Shown: one piece after another, positions 18,062 through 27,031 of the stretch
Layout of the letters: every line of letters starts with the position of its first letter
Position numbering within the stretch: the stretch's first letter is position 1
Source of the DNA: Candidatus Gottesmanbacteria bacterium
GTDB lineage: Bacteria > Patescibacteriota > Microgenomatia > UBA10105 > UBA927
Assembly: GCA_963714095.1 (NCBI GenBank)
Contig: OY970230.1
Span: 596,084 to 660,083 of the forward strand
Length of the DNA: 64,000 bases
Reading direction: 5' to 3'
Position numbers and translations under genes: made by a program
Notes under the pieces: generated by a model
Database searches by the model: none
Seen by the model: the letters and a program-made list of their open reading frames with translations, nothing else
Told to the model about the DNA's origin: nothing

Positions 18062-18391
18062 ATGGAGCGTGTATTTGCGCAAGTAAATATCGGTGATCCC
18101 AACGTTTTTGCTCCCGCCGGCACATTTAAAGATTTCGGGTCTGTCGTTTCCGTGGTCGTCAAGAACGCGGTCGTAGTAGCCGGAATTATCTTTTTTGTTT
18201 TATTGATATTCGGCGCATTCGGCATTATAGTGGGAGCAGGGTCGGGTGACACAAAAAAACTCGAGGAGGGCAAAAAGGCAATAACCGGAGCGGTTATCGG
18301 ACTGCTCATTGTGGTACTGTCGGTTGCTATTGTCCAGATTATCGGCACAGTAACGGGCTTGACGGCAATCCAGACATTGGTCGGAAAATAA
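18062..18391 (+). CDS. T4SS pilin-like protein (array member 1)
   Basis: Starts MERVFAQVNIGDP (compare MEKVFAQAQLNIPQP of array member 5) and has two hydrophobic segments. The ORF-track TTG start at 18026 is replaced by the ATG. Confidence 0.6.
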   Translation: MERVFAQVNIGDPNVFAPAGTFKDFGSVVSVVVKNAVVVAGIIFFVLLIFGAFGIIVGAGSGDTKKLEEGKKAITGAVIGLLIVVLSVAIVQIIGTVTGLTAIQTLVGK

Positions 18392-18396
18392 TATCT

Positions 18397-18768
18397 ATGA
18401 TTGGTGTAGAAAAAATATTTGCGGCGGGCGCAACCGACATTGTAGGAACGGTCGCCAATCCCCTGCCGACGGCATATCAGGGTGTTGCCGGCGGAGGAAT
18501 TATTGTGTTTCTGACCAATATTCTCCGTTTAGTGTTCGTCGCTGCCGGCCTGTTTGCATTCATCAATCTTATTCTTGCAGGATTCCAGTTTATCGGAGCC
18601 GGCGGAGACGCCAAGGCAATCGAAAAAGCCTGGGGCAAAATCTGGCAATCACTGTTGGGACTTGTTTTAATCGTCGGCTCATTTGCGCTGGCCGCACTCA
18701 TCGGATATCTATTATTCAATGACCCCGGATTTATCCTGAAGCCGACGATTTACGGACCAGGATCATAA
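18397..18768 (+). CDS. T4SS pilin-like protein (array member 2)
   Basis: Motif ILAGFQFIGAGGDAKAIEKAWGKIWQSLLGLVLIV. 5-nt spacing from the previous gene. Confidence 0.6.
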   Translation: MIGVEKIFAAGATDIVGTVANPLPTAYQGVAGGGIIVFLTNILRLVFVAAGLFAFINLILAGFQFIGAGGDAKAIEKAWGKIWQSLLGLVLIVGSFALAALIGYLLFNDPGFILKPTIYGPGS

Positions 18769-18771
18769 CCT

Positions 18772-19149
18772 ATGGCACTACTCGCACAAAACCCAATACC
18801 ACTCAATCAATCAATCGGCGGGGCCGGATTGGGGCCGTTTGGTGCAGCCCCGGCGACATCCGGTACAGAGGCCGTTAACCAAATAACCAAAGTCGTGTCT
18901 GATGTCATCGGATTTCTGACGATAACTGCCGGTCTCTGGCTTCTCTTTCAACTGCTGTTCGGCGGATATGAATGGATCTCCAGTGCCGGCGACTCAAAAA
19001 AACTCGCGGCAGCCAGGCAGCGGATTATGAACGGGGTTTTCGGACTTATCATCGTTGTTGGCGCATGGGCAATGATCGCACTCGTCGGCCAATTCCTGGG
19101 ATACGACATTCTCAATCCTGCGGCTAATATTGGAAAATTACAATTTTAA
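18772..19149 (+). CDS. T4SS pilin-like protein (array member 3)
   Basis: Motif LLFGGYEWISSAGDSKKLAAARQRIMNGVFGLIIV. Confidence 0.6.
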   Translation: MALLAQNPIPLNQSIGGAGLGPFGAAPATSGTEAVNQITKVVSDVIGFLTITAGLWLLFQLLFGGYEWISSAGDSKKLAAARQRIMNGVFGLIIVVGAWAMIALVGQFLGYDILNPAANIGKLQF

Positions 19150-19155
19150 CATCGT

Positions 19156-19503
19156 ATGAATACACGCGTGCTTGCACAAATTACAAATCCGGTTCTACCC
19201 GCTTCTTTGGGAAGCGGCGGCACCAGCCAGGGAGGGACAGTACTGGGTAAGTTAATCAGCGGGCTGGTCGGCGCGCTTTTTGTCGCGGGATTCTTGCTGA
19301 CGTTTATGATGCTTATCATCGGTGGCATCCAGTGGATTACTTCCGGCGGCGATAAGCAGGCGCTTGAAAAAGCCAGAAATGGTATTACCAACGCCATTAT
19401 GGGGCTGATTATTGTCGCTGCGTCCTTCGCCCTCATGACGCTTATCGGAAAATTTTTCGGTATCGATATGACAGCACTTACCGTTCCGAGCCTCAGTCAA
19501 TAA
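19156..19503 (+). CDS. T4SS pilin-like protein (array member 4)
   Basis: Motif LIIGGIQWITSGGDKQALEKARNGITNAIMGLIIV. Confidence 0.65.
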   Translation: MNTRVLAQITNPVLPASLGSGGTSQGGTVLGKLISGLVGALFVAGFLLTFMMLIIGGIQWITSGGDKQALEKARNGITNAIMGLIIVAASFALMTLIGKFFGIDMTALTVPSLSQ

Positions 19504-19580
19504 GGTACCTGCCTGTTGACAAGGGGGAATGCATTGCGCAACAATGATATCAAGGAAAAAAACGGTACGAAGGAGGCGGT

Positions 19581-19910
19581 ATGGAAAAGGTATTTGCACA
19601 AGCACAATTGAATATCCCGCAGCCGACGAATATTAAAATCGGCGATATCGGAAAGCTTATCAGTGCGCTCGTGGGGGTACTCCTTATTCTTGCCGCCCTC
19701 ATGGCGTTCTTCTTCCTAATCCTCGGTGGCATCCAGTGGATTACTTCTGGCGGCGATAAAGCCGGCATGGAAGCGGCACGCAATAAAATTACCCATGCAA
19801 TCGTCGGACTCATCATCGTCGGCGCTGCATGGGCCGTCATGATACTTGTCCAGAACTTCCTGGGCATCCAGATTATCGGAGGAAATCTTTCCCTCCCGCC
19901 GGCGTACTAA
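19581..19910 (+). CDS. T4SS pilin-like protein (array member 5)
   Basis: AGGAGG RBS 7 nt upstream. Motif LILGGIQWITSGGDKAGMEAARNKITHAIVGLIIV. Confidence 0.65.
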   Translation: MEKVFAQAQLNIPQPTNIKIGDIGKLISALVGVLLILAALMAFFFLILGGIQWITSGGDKAGMEAARNKITHAIVGLIIVGAAWAVMILVQNFLGIQIIGGNLSLPPAY

Positions 19911-19919
19911 AACGCCGCA

Positions 19920-20276
19920 TTGTCTCTTGCCATACGCCATAATCTGCGCAATAATGTTTCTATGGCTGACTGGACTGCAACCCCGGGGTGTATAGTTCAA
20001 GGCGCGGCGACATTTAAATGTTTTGAGCCGTTATTTACCAACGTTGTTCAGGCGCTTGTCGCACTTGTGGGTGTTGCCCTCTTTATCATGGTGGTCATAA
20101 GCGGCTACGGATTTTTATTCTCAGGCGGAGACCCTAAAAAGCTCGAAAAAGCCCGCGGGACACTCACCGCCGCCGTTGCAGGCGTCGTTATTATAGTCGT
20201 TGCCTATCTCATACTGAAAGCCATTCAACTGTTTACGGGGGTCGATGTCACGCACTTTACGGTTCCGACCAATTAA
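19920..20276 (+). CDS. T4SS pilin-like protein (array member 6; start uncertain)
   Basis: Motif VVISGYGFLFSGGDPKKLEKARGTLTAAVAGVVIIV. An internal Met (MADWTATPGC) may be the true start. Confidence 0.55.
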   Translation: MSLAIRHNLRNNVSMADWTATPGCIVQGAATFKCFEPLFTNVVQALVALVGVALFIMVVISGYGFLFSGGDPKKLEKARGTLTAAVAGVVIIVVAYLILKAIQLFTGVDVTHFTVPTN

Positions 20277-20316
20277 CGTCATTGACTCGTACCCATTGAG
20301 TTAGCATAATAGATCT

Positions 20317-21762
20317 ATGAAGCGCACTGCCTTATTTTTTCTCATCTTCATTCTCGTCGGTTGGGTATTTGTCCCCCCGGCGCATGCAGCGATAAATGCA
20401 ATCCCCGGTGCCGTTGAGTTCGGAAAAACGTTCGACTCAAAAGTCAATACCGGCAGCATGAGCAAAGAGGTGTATACACCAAACACCCAGGCGTTGTATA
20501 TGGATACCGGCACATGCTTTATCGTGGGCTGCAGCATTGATCCTAAAAGCGCATTTTATAGCGGAAAAAGTGCTGTTGCGTCGGTAGGAAACGTGATCCT
20601 CGCCATGTATACCAACCCTCCTGCGGATCTGTCCCTTTGGATTCACAGCACAGCACAGGATCTGGGGTTTGAACCCAGAGAAGTACATGCCCAGGGCATC
20701 GGATTTACCGGCCTTTCCCCGCTTCTTTCGATCTGGACAATGGGCCGGAACATTTCGTACGGACTGTTGGCTGTCGTGATGATTGCCATCGGATTTATGG
20801 TGATGTTCAGAAAAAAAATCGATCCGAAAACTGTCCTAACAGTCCAGAATGCACTCCCAAAAATTGTTCTCGCGCTTCTTCTCATCACGTTTTCCTATGC
20901 AATCGCCGCTTTTCTTATTGACCTTATGTATCTTGTTATGGCTATCGTCATCAATCTCCTTGTGGGGGCAAGCAACGGAGCATTGGGCCCTCAAACCGCA
21001 GCAAAATATCTCGGGAGCGGACTGGGAACACTACTGGCTGCTCTATTTGGCGGAGGGATGAGCTCTATAGATGACCTTATGAAGCTGTTATTTTATAACA
21101 GCAATGCGCCATGGTGGAATACGCTTTCATTCGTAGTGAATGCTATATCTGGAGTGTGGGAGGCTCAGGGCGTACTTGTTAGTCTCATTGTCTCTATCAT
21201 CCTTCTTTTCGGTATCATACGCATAGCATTTATGCTAGTTGGTGCATATATCCAAATTATTATTTCGGTACTCATCTCCCCGTTTCAGCTCATGACGGAA
21301 GCCATACCTGGCGCGAACAGCTTTGCCTCTTGGATTAAAAATCTTATTGCCAATCTGGCAGTGTTCCCTGTTACCGCTGCTATGCTTCTTGTCGGGACGA
21401 TACTTACCCAATCAAACGCCGGAAACCTGTGGACTCCTCCGTTTTTAAGCTCAAGCGGAAGCCAGGGTGTTGCAGGGATCATCGGGCTCGGTGTACTTAT
21501 GACCATCCCGAATGTCGCCAATAGCATCAAAGAGGCTCTCAAGGCTAAAGCGCCGGTCAATGCGGGAGTAGGCGCTATCTTCGGCCCCGGAATCTCCGGT
21601 ACCACGGGTATTATGAATACGGCATATCAGGGAAGTATGATAAATAGCATGATTCGGGGTCACGGCGGAAAGCCAGAAACGGCAGAAGACAGTCCCCTCG
21701 CAAACATAGCAAAAGAAGTTCATGAATTGAGAGAACATATGGGCGCAGGACCAGTGGGATAA
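20317..21762 (+). CDS. VirB6/TrbL-like polytopic membrane protein
   Basis: Signal peptide (MKRTALFFLIFILVGWVFVPPAHA), then at least 6 TM helices with a large N-terminal periplasmic domain. Position directly after the pilin array. No specific motif available. Confidence 0.5.
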   Translation: MKRTALFFLIFILVGWVFVPPAHAAINAIPGAVEFGKTFDSKVNTGSMSKEVYTPNTQALYMDTGTCFIVGCSIDPKSAFYSGKSAVASVGNVILAMYTNPPADLSLWIHSTAQDLGFEPREVHAQGIGFTGLSPLLSIWTMGRNISYGLLAVVMIAIGFMVMFRKKIDPKTVLTVQNALPKIVLALLLITFSYAIAAFLIDLMYLVMAIVINLLVGASNGALGPQTAAKYLGSGLGTLLAALFGGGMSSIDDLMKLLFYNSNAPWWNTLSFVVNAISGVWEAQGVLVSLIVSIILLFGIIRIAFMLVGAYIQIIISVLISPFQLMTEAIPGANSFASWIKNLIANLAVFPVTAAMLLVGTILTQSNAGNLWTPPFLSSSGSQGVAGIIGLGVLMTIPNVANSIKEALKAKAPVNAGVGAIFGPGISGTTGIMNTAYQGSMINSMIRGHGGKPETAEDSPLANIAKEVHELREHMGAGPVG

Positions 21763-21780
21763 ATTAAATATCCGAACCCC

Positions 21781-24700
21781 TTAATGCTGCTTTTCCTCTT
21801 CTTTTATTGCTGAAGCAATTGCTGCACCAAGAAGGGCCACCAGCACAATCCAATACCCTCGTCGAATAGATGCCAACACTCTATATGGGAGAGTTACTTT
21901 AAATTCCCTCATAAGGTCATGCGCCAGGTGTTTCTTGCCTAAAAACCCACCGCGGTCCTGAGCGGTTGCGATAATAGTGGAGATTGCCTTTTCATCGAAT
22001 GCATTTCCGTGGGCGCTCCCATACTCCACCGCATATGACACGAGGTTTCCGCTGAGTTTTTTCACAATCCCTTGCCTCACCAATTCTATTTTATCCTTCG
22101 GCACACCGAATAAGCGGAGTGGTAACAACTTCACGCCTTTTTCTATTGTCTCCTCCCGCACTTCGGTCAGCTGGCGCAACCCCCACTCGACAATGCCGCC
22201 CGGGGCCCACCCGAGTGTCCGGCGGGAACGGTATTCGTTCATGCGGATATAGGTAGACAGTAAATCTGTAAATGCCTGTGCAGCGTCATCATTTCCCGTA
22301 TACCCGATCATTTCCTTCTCCATCTCAAGAAGTTTATCGATGACTTTGTTGGGATCAGGATGAAATAAGAGCTCATGATTCGACATGACTTCCCGCAAAA
22401 TGGAGGCCGCCTTATACATGCCCACGTTATCCCTCCCGCGGCGGGCCATGGAGAGCGTCCCCGCCTTATGGTAATCCGTATCTTTCCAGTCAAGATCACC
22501 CATGCGCAGCGTCAACGGAAAGTCCGTTTCTGCCCATATCTTTTCCACGCCTTTTGCTTTTTCCATCATAGTCTGGATAAATTCCTGATATTTACCGATA
22601 TCAGCGGTCATTCCCCGCTCTAAAGCAAGCCGTTCTATATACGGAGCAACCAACTGACGGAAATTTTTTCCTCCCAGATCAATATCCGGAGAAATCAACA
22701 GTAATTTATTCAGGTTGATATCATTGTTCGCCAATGACAACGCCTGGCTTAAAATGTCAAAATCCACAAGCGGCTTCCCCGCAGGAGAGACAAACTGATC
22801 TTTCAACAATTTATAGCGCTCTTCTGCCATAAATTCCATAAATATCAGCGGATCGCGCTTGCGCATTTTTTCCAACAGGGCCCTGCGCTTATTTAGCCCC
22901 TCGGGACTCTTCCTGTCGGCAGACGCGAATTGGAATGCGAGCCCCGCATTCTCGGGATCTCCCGTTGTCCCTTCTGCCTGCGCGCGGGCACGCAAGTCTT
23001 CAACAAACGATGCAAGACTTGACCGGAGCTCATCTGAAACCCCAATTTCCGCCCGCCAGGTGCTGCCGTCGTAGATACCACCGCCTTTTAATATTTGGTT
23101 ATTTAATATCTGTGCAAAGGAAATTTTGGATTTATCTTCCCATACTTTAATTGCATCCAGTGTGGCCCGCTGTTCCGGATGCATCTTTGCATAGTCACTC
23201 AACCGGTCCCACATCTTGGATTGAGAAAGCATCAACATGCTGCCGTCTTGGTTTTTATGAAACTGCGACTCCCGGTTAAATATCGCCATGGCTGTTTTTC
23301 CGGCATCGCCTCCCATATTAAACCGCTCAAAAAATGTCTGCCATGCATGTACCCGCACAAGATCCTCCAACACCTCTGAGCGCATGGGAAATTTTGCGCC
23401 TTTCCCTTCTCCCACAATGCGGTAACTGCTGGCAAGAGATACCATGTGGCGGGTATAGACAAAATCGTACCGGGCCATGAGGATTGCCATTTTGGTGTCC
23501 ATTTCCAAATCAGCGTCATTCAGCTGCTTCTCTACTAAATCATCAAGCTCTTTGCCAGATATTGTTCCGCTTTTCATACGATTACGGATTTCAATTTCTT
23601 TCTGCAGACGCATCTGTTTTTTTACCTTAATTTCAAGGATGGAAAGACCGAGGTTGTCGCGGACATCCTGTTCTTCCGTTATCTTCTTTTTAAGCGTATC
23701 TACGCGCTTTTGTTGCTCTGGCGAACGGCTCGTTCTGGCGAGAAGTGAATCTAATTCTATCTGGTACGCGTTTAATTCACTGAGTTCGTGCTCTTCTGCA
23801 ACCGACCGCACGGTCTTACGTTGCAATTCTTTTATTCTGTCCCATTTTGTACTAACCCTTTTAAACTCATGCGGATTATAGCTCCAGTCACTGTCCCAGA
23901 GTGCCACGCCGTATCCAAGCTCAATCTGTTCGTCTTTCAGTCTCGCAAGCTCCAACTTGTCATCCGAAAGGTTTTGTAAGCTGCCCCGCGGTGTCTTAGC
24001 CGCGTCAGCAATTTCGTTTTCAAGAACCTCCGCGACTTTCTTGTCTTTTTCTGATTTAATACCACCGGGTTGCTTCTGTAGTGCTTCCAACTCGTTCTTC
24101 TTTGCGTCAATGATATCGGGAGTCAAATGTATTTTTTGCTCCAAAACTTTTATCCTCTGATCCCGTTCATTTTGGCTGAGAATTCCAAGACTTTTATCTC
24201 CATCCCTTAACTGAAACCACCGCGCTCTGAGATCCGATAAATGAGTGTGAATAACATACTCATAAATCGGGAGGGCCCGGTTCACGTCTGTAAATTCGTG
24301 GAGAAAATTAAAATCATCCGGCGTCAGCTGCATATACACCTCAAGCATTTTTTCCGCCGACAACCCTTCCTGCGTAAACAGTTTATTGAGCTGATGTGCG
24401 TGCTCAACGCCAAAACGTATCCGCCTCATGTCAAGCTTCTTTTCCAACCCTGCCCCTTCGCCGTATTTCCATTCAAGAAAATGCTCGACCTCTTCCAGTC
24501 TGATCCCTTCCGTAAACGTTGGCTGTGCTTCTCCGCGCGGGGACGCAATTTTTTCCAAAAGGTATTTCTTAAACCACCTCTCTTCTCCTTTGTCTTGTTT
24601 TAACATTTCCAGATCATCCTGTTTTAAATATTGGCTGAACTCGTATGGGCCAATCGGTCTGGGATAATCTTTCCAATGACCCGAACTGTTTTTTTCAATA

Positions 24701-25644
24701 TCCTCTATAGATATACTGTTTCTCTCATATCTTCCCGCACGGGCATTCTGCCGAGCAGTTTCTAGCGCTTTAAGATATTTGTTGATGGTGGTCCGCCACG
24801 GCTGCACGTCCGCACTTGATGCCTTTCCAGCATTTACCAAATCATCAAGATGTTTCAAATCTTCCTGTAACCGCGCCTGGTCAAAAACATCCCAATACGA
24901 CTGGCCGCCTTTTTGAACGAGCTCGACTCGTTCTCCCCATTTGCCGGCAAAATCTTTCATTCCTGCCGGAACGCTCTGGCTCGACGGCAAGGCTGAAAAA
25001 TCCTTCATAACGAAATAGTTGTCCAAGTCCTCATTCGTGAGGGCGCTTGCCACGGTCGGATTCTCGTGTTCCTGCGCTTCTTCATCAATGTGCTCCCCAT
25101 AATCCTCAAGCTGATCGTCTGCACGGTTCACAAGCTCTCCGGCGGTCAGCACATTGTACGGTTCCGGCGGCTGTTGATGTAAATGTTCCATGACAAATTC
25201 ACGGGCGATCGACATATACGGCGCGGCCTCCAGAGTCCAGTTGTCCGCCTGTTTAAAAAATGTAGCCAGCGCTTCGACTTGCTGCGAGGGGGGCGTGGAT
25301 GTCAAGATGGTTCTCAGGTCCAACAGCTTCTTTTGTACTGCCTCTGCCTGCCCCGCAGCCGCAAATGTTTTGTCGTCCACTGCCACCTGCGCAAGATTCA
25401 ATAATCTTTCAGATGCCGGTAAATTTTCAAGGGTGGCTTTCGGGGTTTTCTCAAGCATTTTTACGGCAATTTCCTTCTGTTTCTTCACTACTGCCTGACG
25501 GTTGAGATTTTCAACTTTTGACGCGTTTTCCCGGGGTCGCGCCGATTTAGCCGGTTTTTCCGAAGCGGCATCCAACAGCCTCTTAAATGAGCTGGCTTTC
25601 TCGGCCGCTCCGGCTCCTCCACGTATATCACCATGTTCTGCCAT
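21781..25644 (-). CDS. giant (1287 aa) tail-anchored coiled-coil protein, function unknown
   Basis: No signal peptide or P-loop. Extremely E/K/L/D/R-rich with long heptad-like stretches. A single C-terminal TM helix (GYWIVLVALLGAAIASAI) is followed by KEEEKQH. Confidence 0.55.
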   Translation of the reverse strand: MAEHGDIRGGAGAAEKASSFKRLLDAASEKPAKSARPRENASKVENLNRQAVVKKQKEIAVKMLEKTPKATLENLPASERLLNLAQVAVDDKTFAAAGQAEAVQKKLLDLRTILTSTPPSQQVEALATFFKQADNWTLEAAPYMSIAREFVMEHLHQQPPEPYNVLTAGELVNRADDQLEDYGEHIDEEAQEHENPTVASALTNEDLDNYFVMKDFSALPSSQSVPAGMKDFAGKWGERVELVQKGGQSYWDVFDQARLQEDLKHLDDLVNAGKASSADVQPWRTTINKYLKALETARQNARAGRYERNSISIEDIEKNSSGHWKDYPRPIGPYEFSQYLKQDDLEMLKQDKGEERWFKKYLLEKIASPRGEAQPTFTEGIRLEEVEHFLEWKYGEGAGLEKKLDMRRIRFGVEHAHQLNKLFTQEGLSAEKMLEVYMQLTPDDFNFLHEFTDVNRALPIYEYVIHTHLSDLRARWFQLRDGDKSLGILSQNERDQRIKVLEQKIHLTPDIIDAKKNELEALQKQPGGIKSEKDKKVAEVLENEIADAAKTPRGSLQNLSDDKLELARLKDEQIELGYGVALWDSDWSYNPHEFKRVSTKWDRIKELQRKTVRSVAEEHELSELNAYQIELDSLLARTSRSPEQQKRVDTLKKKITEEQDVRDNLGLSILEIKVKKQMRLQKEIEIRNRMKSGTISGKELDDLVEKQLNDADLEMDTKMAILMARYDFVYTRHMVSLASSYRIVGEGKGAKFPMRSEVLEDLVRVHAWQTFFERFNMGGDAGKTAMAIFNRESQFHKNQDGSMLMLSQSKMWDRLSDYAKMHPEQRATLDAIKVWEDKSKISFAQILNNQILKGGGIYDGSTWRAEIGVSDELRSSLASFVEDLRARAQAEGTTGDPENAGLAFQFASADRKSPEGLNKRRALLEKMRKRDPLIFMEFMAEERYKLLKDQFVSPAGKPLVDFDILSQALSLANNDINLNKLLLISPDIDLGGKNFRQLVAPYIERLALERGMTADIGKYQEFIQTMMEKAKGVEKIWAETDFPLTLRMGDLDWKDTDYHKAGTLSMARRGRDNVGMYKAASILREVMSNHELLFHPDPNKVIDKLLEMEKEMIGYTGNDDAAQAFTDLLSTYIRMNEYRSRRTLGWAPGGIVEWGLRQLTEVREETIEKGVKLLPLRLFGVPKDKIELVRQGIVKKLSGNLVSYAVEYGSAHGNAFDEKAISTIIATAQDRGGFLGKKHLAHDLMREFKVTLPYRVLASIRRGYWIVLVALLGAAIASAIKEEEKQH

Positions 25645-25697
25645 AGCTACTACGATTGTATCGCTTGTTACGAACCCTGCGCAAGGAAGAAGTTGTG

Positions 25698-26465
25698 TTA
25701 CTGAAGAATCGGCAGATGGTGTTTGAAGTCATTCGCGCGGACGCGCGCAAGAACCCTTTCGACAACGTCTTTGGAAAATCCCGCGGCAACAATTTCATCG
25801 GGTGATTTTTTACCGTCAAACGCGAGCGCGAATATTTCATCCGCATCTTTGTACGTGAACCCAAACTCCCCCTCGTCCGTTTGCCCTTCCCACAGGCCCG
25901 CCGTGGGTTTTTTCGTCAAAATTGCTTCCGGCACGCCCACATATTTCGCAAGCTCATACACCTGCGTCTTATAGAGACTGCGCAGCGGCTCAATATCACT
26001 TGCCTCGTCCCCAAACCGCGTAAAGTAGCCCAAAAGGTGCTCGCTTTTATTTTCCGTACCCACGACCAATGCGTGCCGTTTTTTGGCATGGTCATAAAGA
26101 ATCATCATGCGCGCACGGGCCATGAGATTTCCCTTCCGGATATTATCCATGCCAAATTCTTTTCCTATAATCGGATCGAGAATCGGTTTAATATCCACCC
26201 GTGTAACCCGCGAAGGTGAAATTTTCAACAGTTCAATGACGCTCATGGCATCCAGCGTCGCCTGTGTACTCAGGCTTCCGTACGGAAGAAGTACCGGATA
26301 CACGTGCTCTGACCCAAGCGCGCGTACAGCCAATACAATGCTCGTGGACGAGTCAAGTCCTCCGGAAAGAGCAATGACTGCGTCGGAAAAACCAGCCGCT
26401 ACAAAAGATTGTTTCAAAAAAGCGATAAGTCGTTCAGAAACGGTTTTCGGATCAACGGATATCAT
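25698..26465 (-). CDS. nadE: NH3-dependent NAD+ synthetase
   Basis: PP-loop SGGLDSS and a NadE fold. Start trimmed to MISVDPKTV (the longer ORF overlaps nadD by 41 nt). Confidence 0.8.
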   Translation of the reverse strand: MISVDPKTVSERLIAFLKQSFVAAGFSDAVIALSGGLDSSTSIVLAVRALGSEHVYPVLLPYGSLSTQATLDAMSVIELLKISPSRVTRVDIKPILDPIIGKEFGMDNIRKGNLMARARMMILYDHAKKRHALVVGTENKSEHLLGYFTRFGDEASDIEPLRSLYKTQVYELAKYVGVPEAILTKKPTAGLWEGQTDEGEFGFTYKDADEIFALAFDGKKSPDEIVAAGFSKDVVERVLARVRANDFKHHLPILQ

Positions 26466-27021
26466 ATAATTTGTGTTGATGAATATATGCAAGCACGCGC
26501 TCCGGCACTAATCCTATCACAGAATGTCCCCGATGTAAGCGCTTGCGGATGATGGTCGAAGAAATATTGCTGGTTACCAGATCGGGAGAACGGACTTGGG
26601 TAAAACTTGTCGGTAAAGACGAGGATATGGGATGACCATTGCGCGGGAACACCAAAAATTTCACTTCGCGTGCAAGAATTTCGTGATCTTTCCAGCGGTA
26701 AAACTCCCTCACAATGTCGCTACCCACAATCCAATAGAACTCGTGAGCATATTTCGCCTTCAGCCTCTGCACGGTTTCAATAGTATAGCTTTTTGCCTGC
26801 AGGTGAATTTCTTCATCGGACACGGTAATTGCCGGCTCTTCTATAAGCCGCGCCATGGCGAGTCGGTCACGGGACGCGGACACCGTTGTGTCCCAATTAT
26901 GGGCAAAGTACGGCATAAGCCAAATTTCATCCAATCCCAAAATCTCCTTTGTCTGACGGGCAACCAAAAGGTGCCCAAAATGCGGGGGGTCAAAAGAACC
27001 ACCGAGAATGCCTATTTTCAT
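26452..27021 (-). CDS. nadD: nicotinate-nucleotide adenylyltransferase
   Basis: GILGGSFDPPHFGHL (H/T-x-G-H nucleotidyltransferase motif) and C-terminal SSTxIR. Confidence 0.85.
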   Translation of the reverse strand: MKIGILGGSFDPPHFGHLLVARQTKEILGLDEIWLMPYFAHNWDTTVSASRDRLAMARLIEEPAITVSDEEIHLQAKSYTIETVQRLKAKYAHEFYWIVGSDIVREFYRWKDHEILAREVKFLVFPRNGHPISSSLPTSFTQVRSPDLVTSNISSTIIRKRLHRGHSVIGLVPERVLAYIHQHKLYDIR

Positions 27022-27031
27022 ACGACCGCTA

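Noticed and set aside
17998-18348. N-terminal 118-aa extension of the sigma-factor ORF (17440-18348)
   Set aside because: Low-complexity, Pro/Thr-rich translation that overlaps the divergent pilin gene and its promoter. An internal Met immediately precedes the conserved sigma region 2, so the extension is an open-frame artefact.
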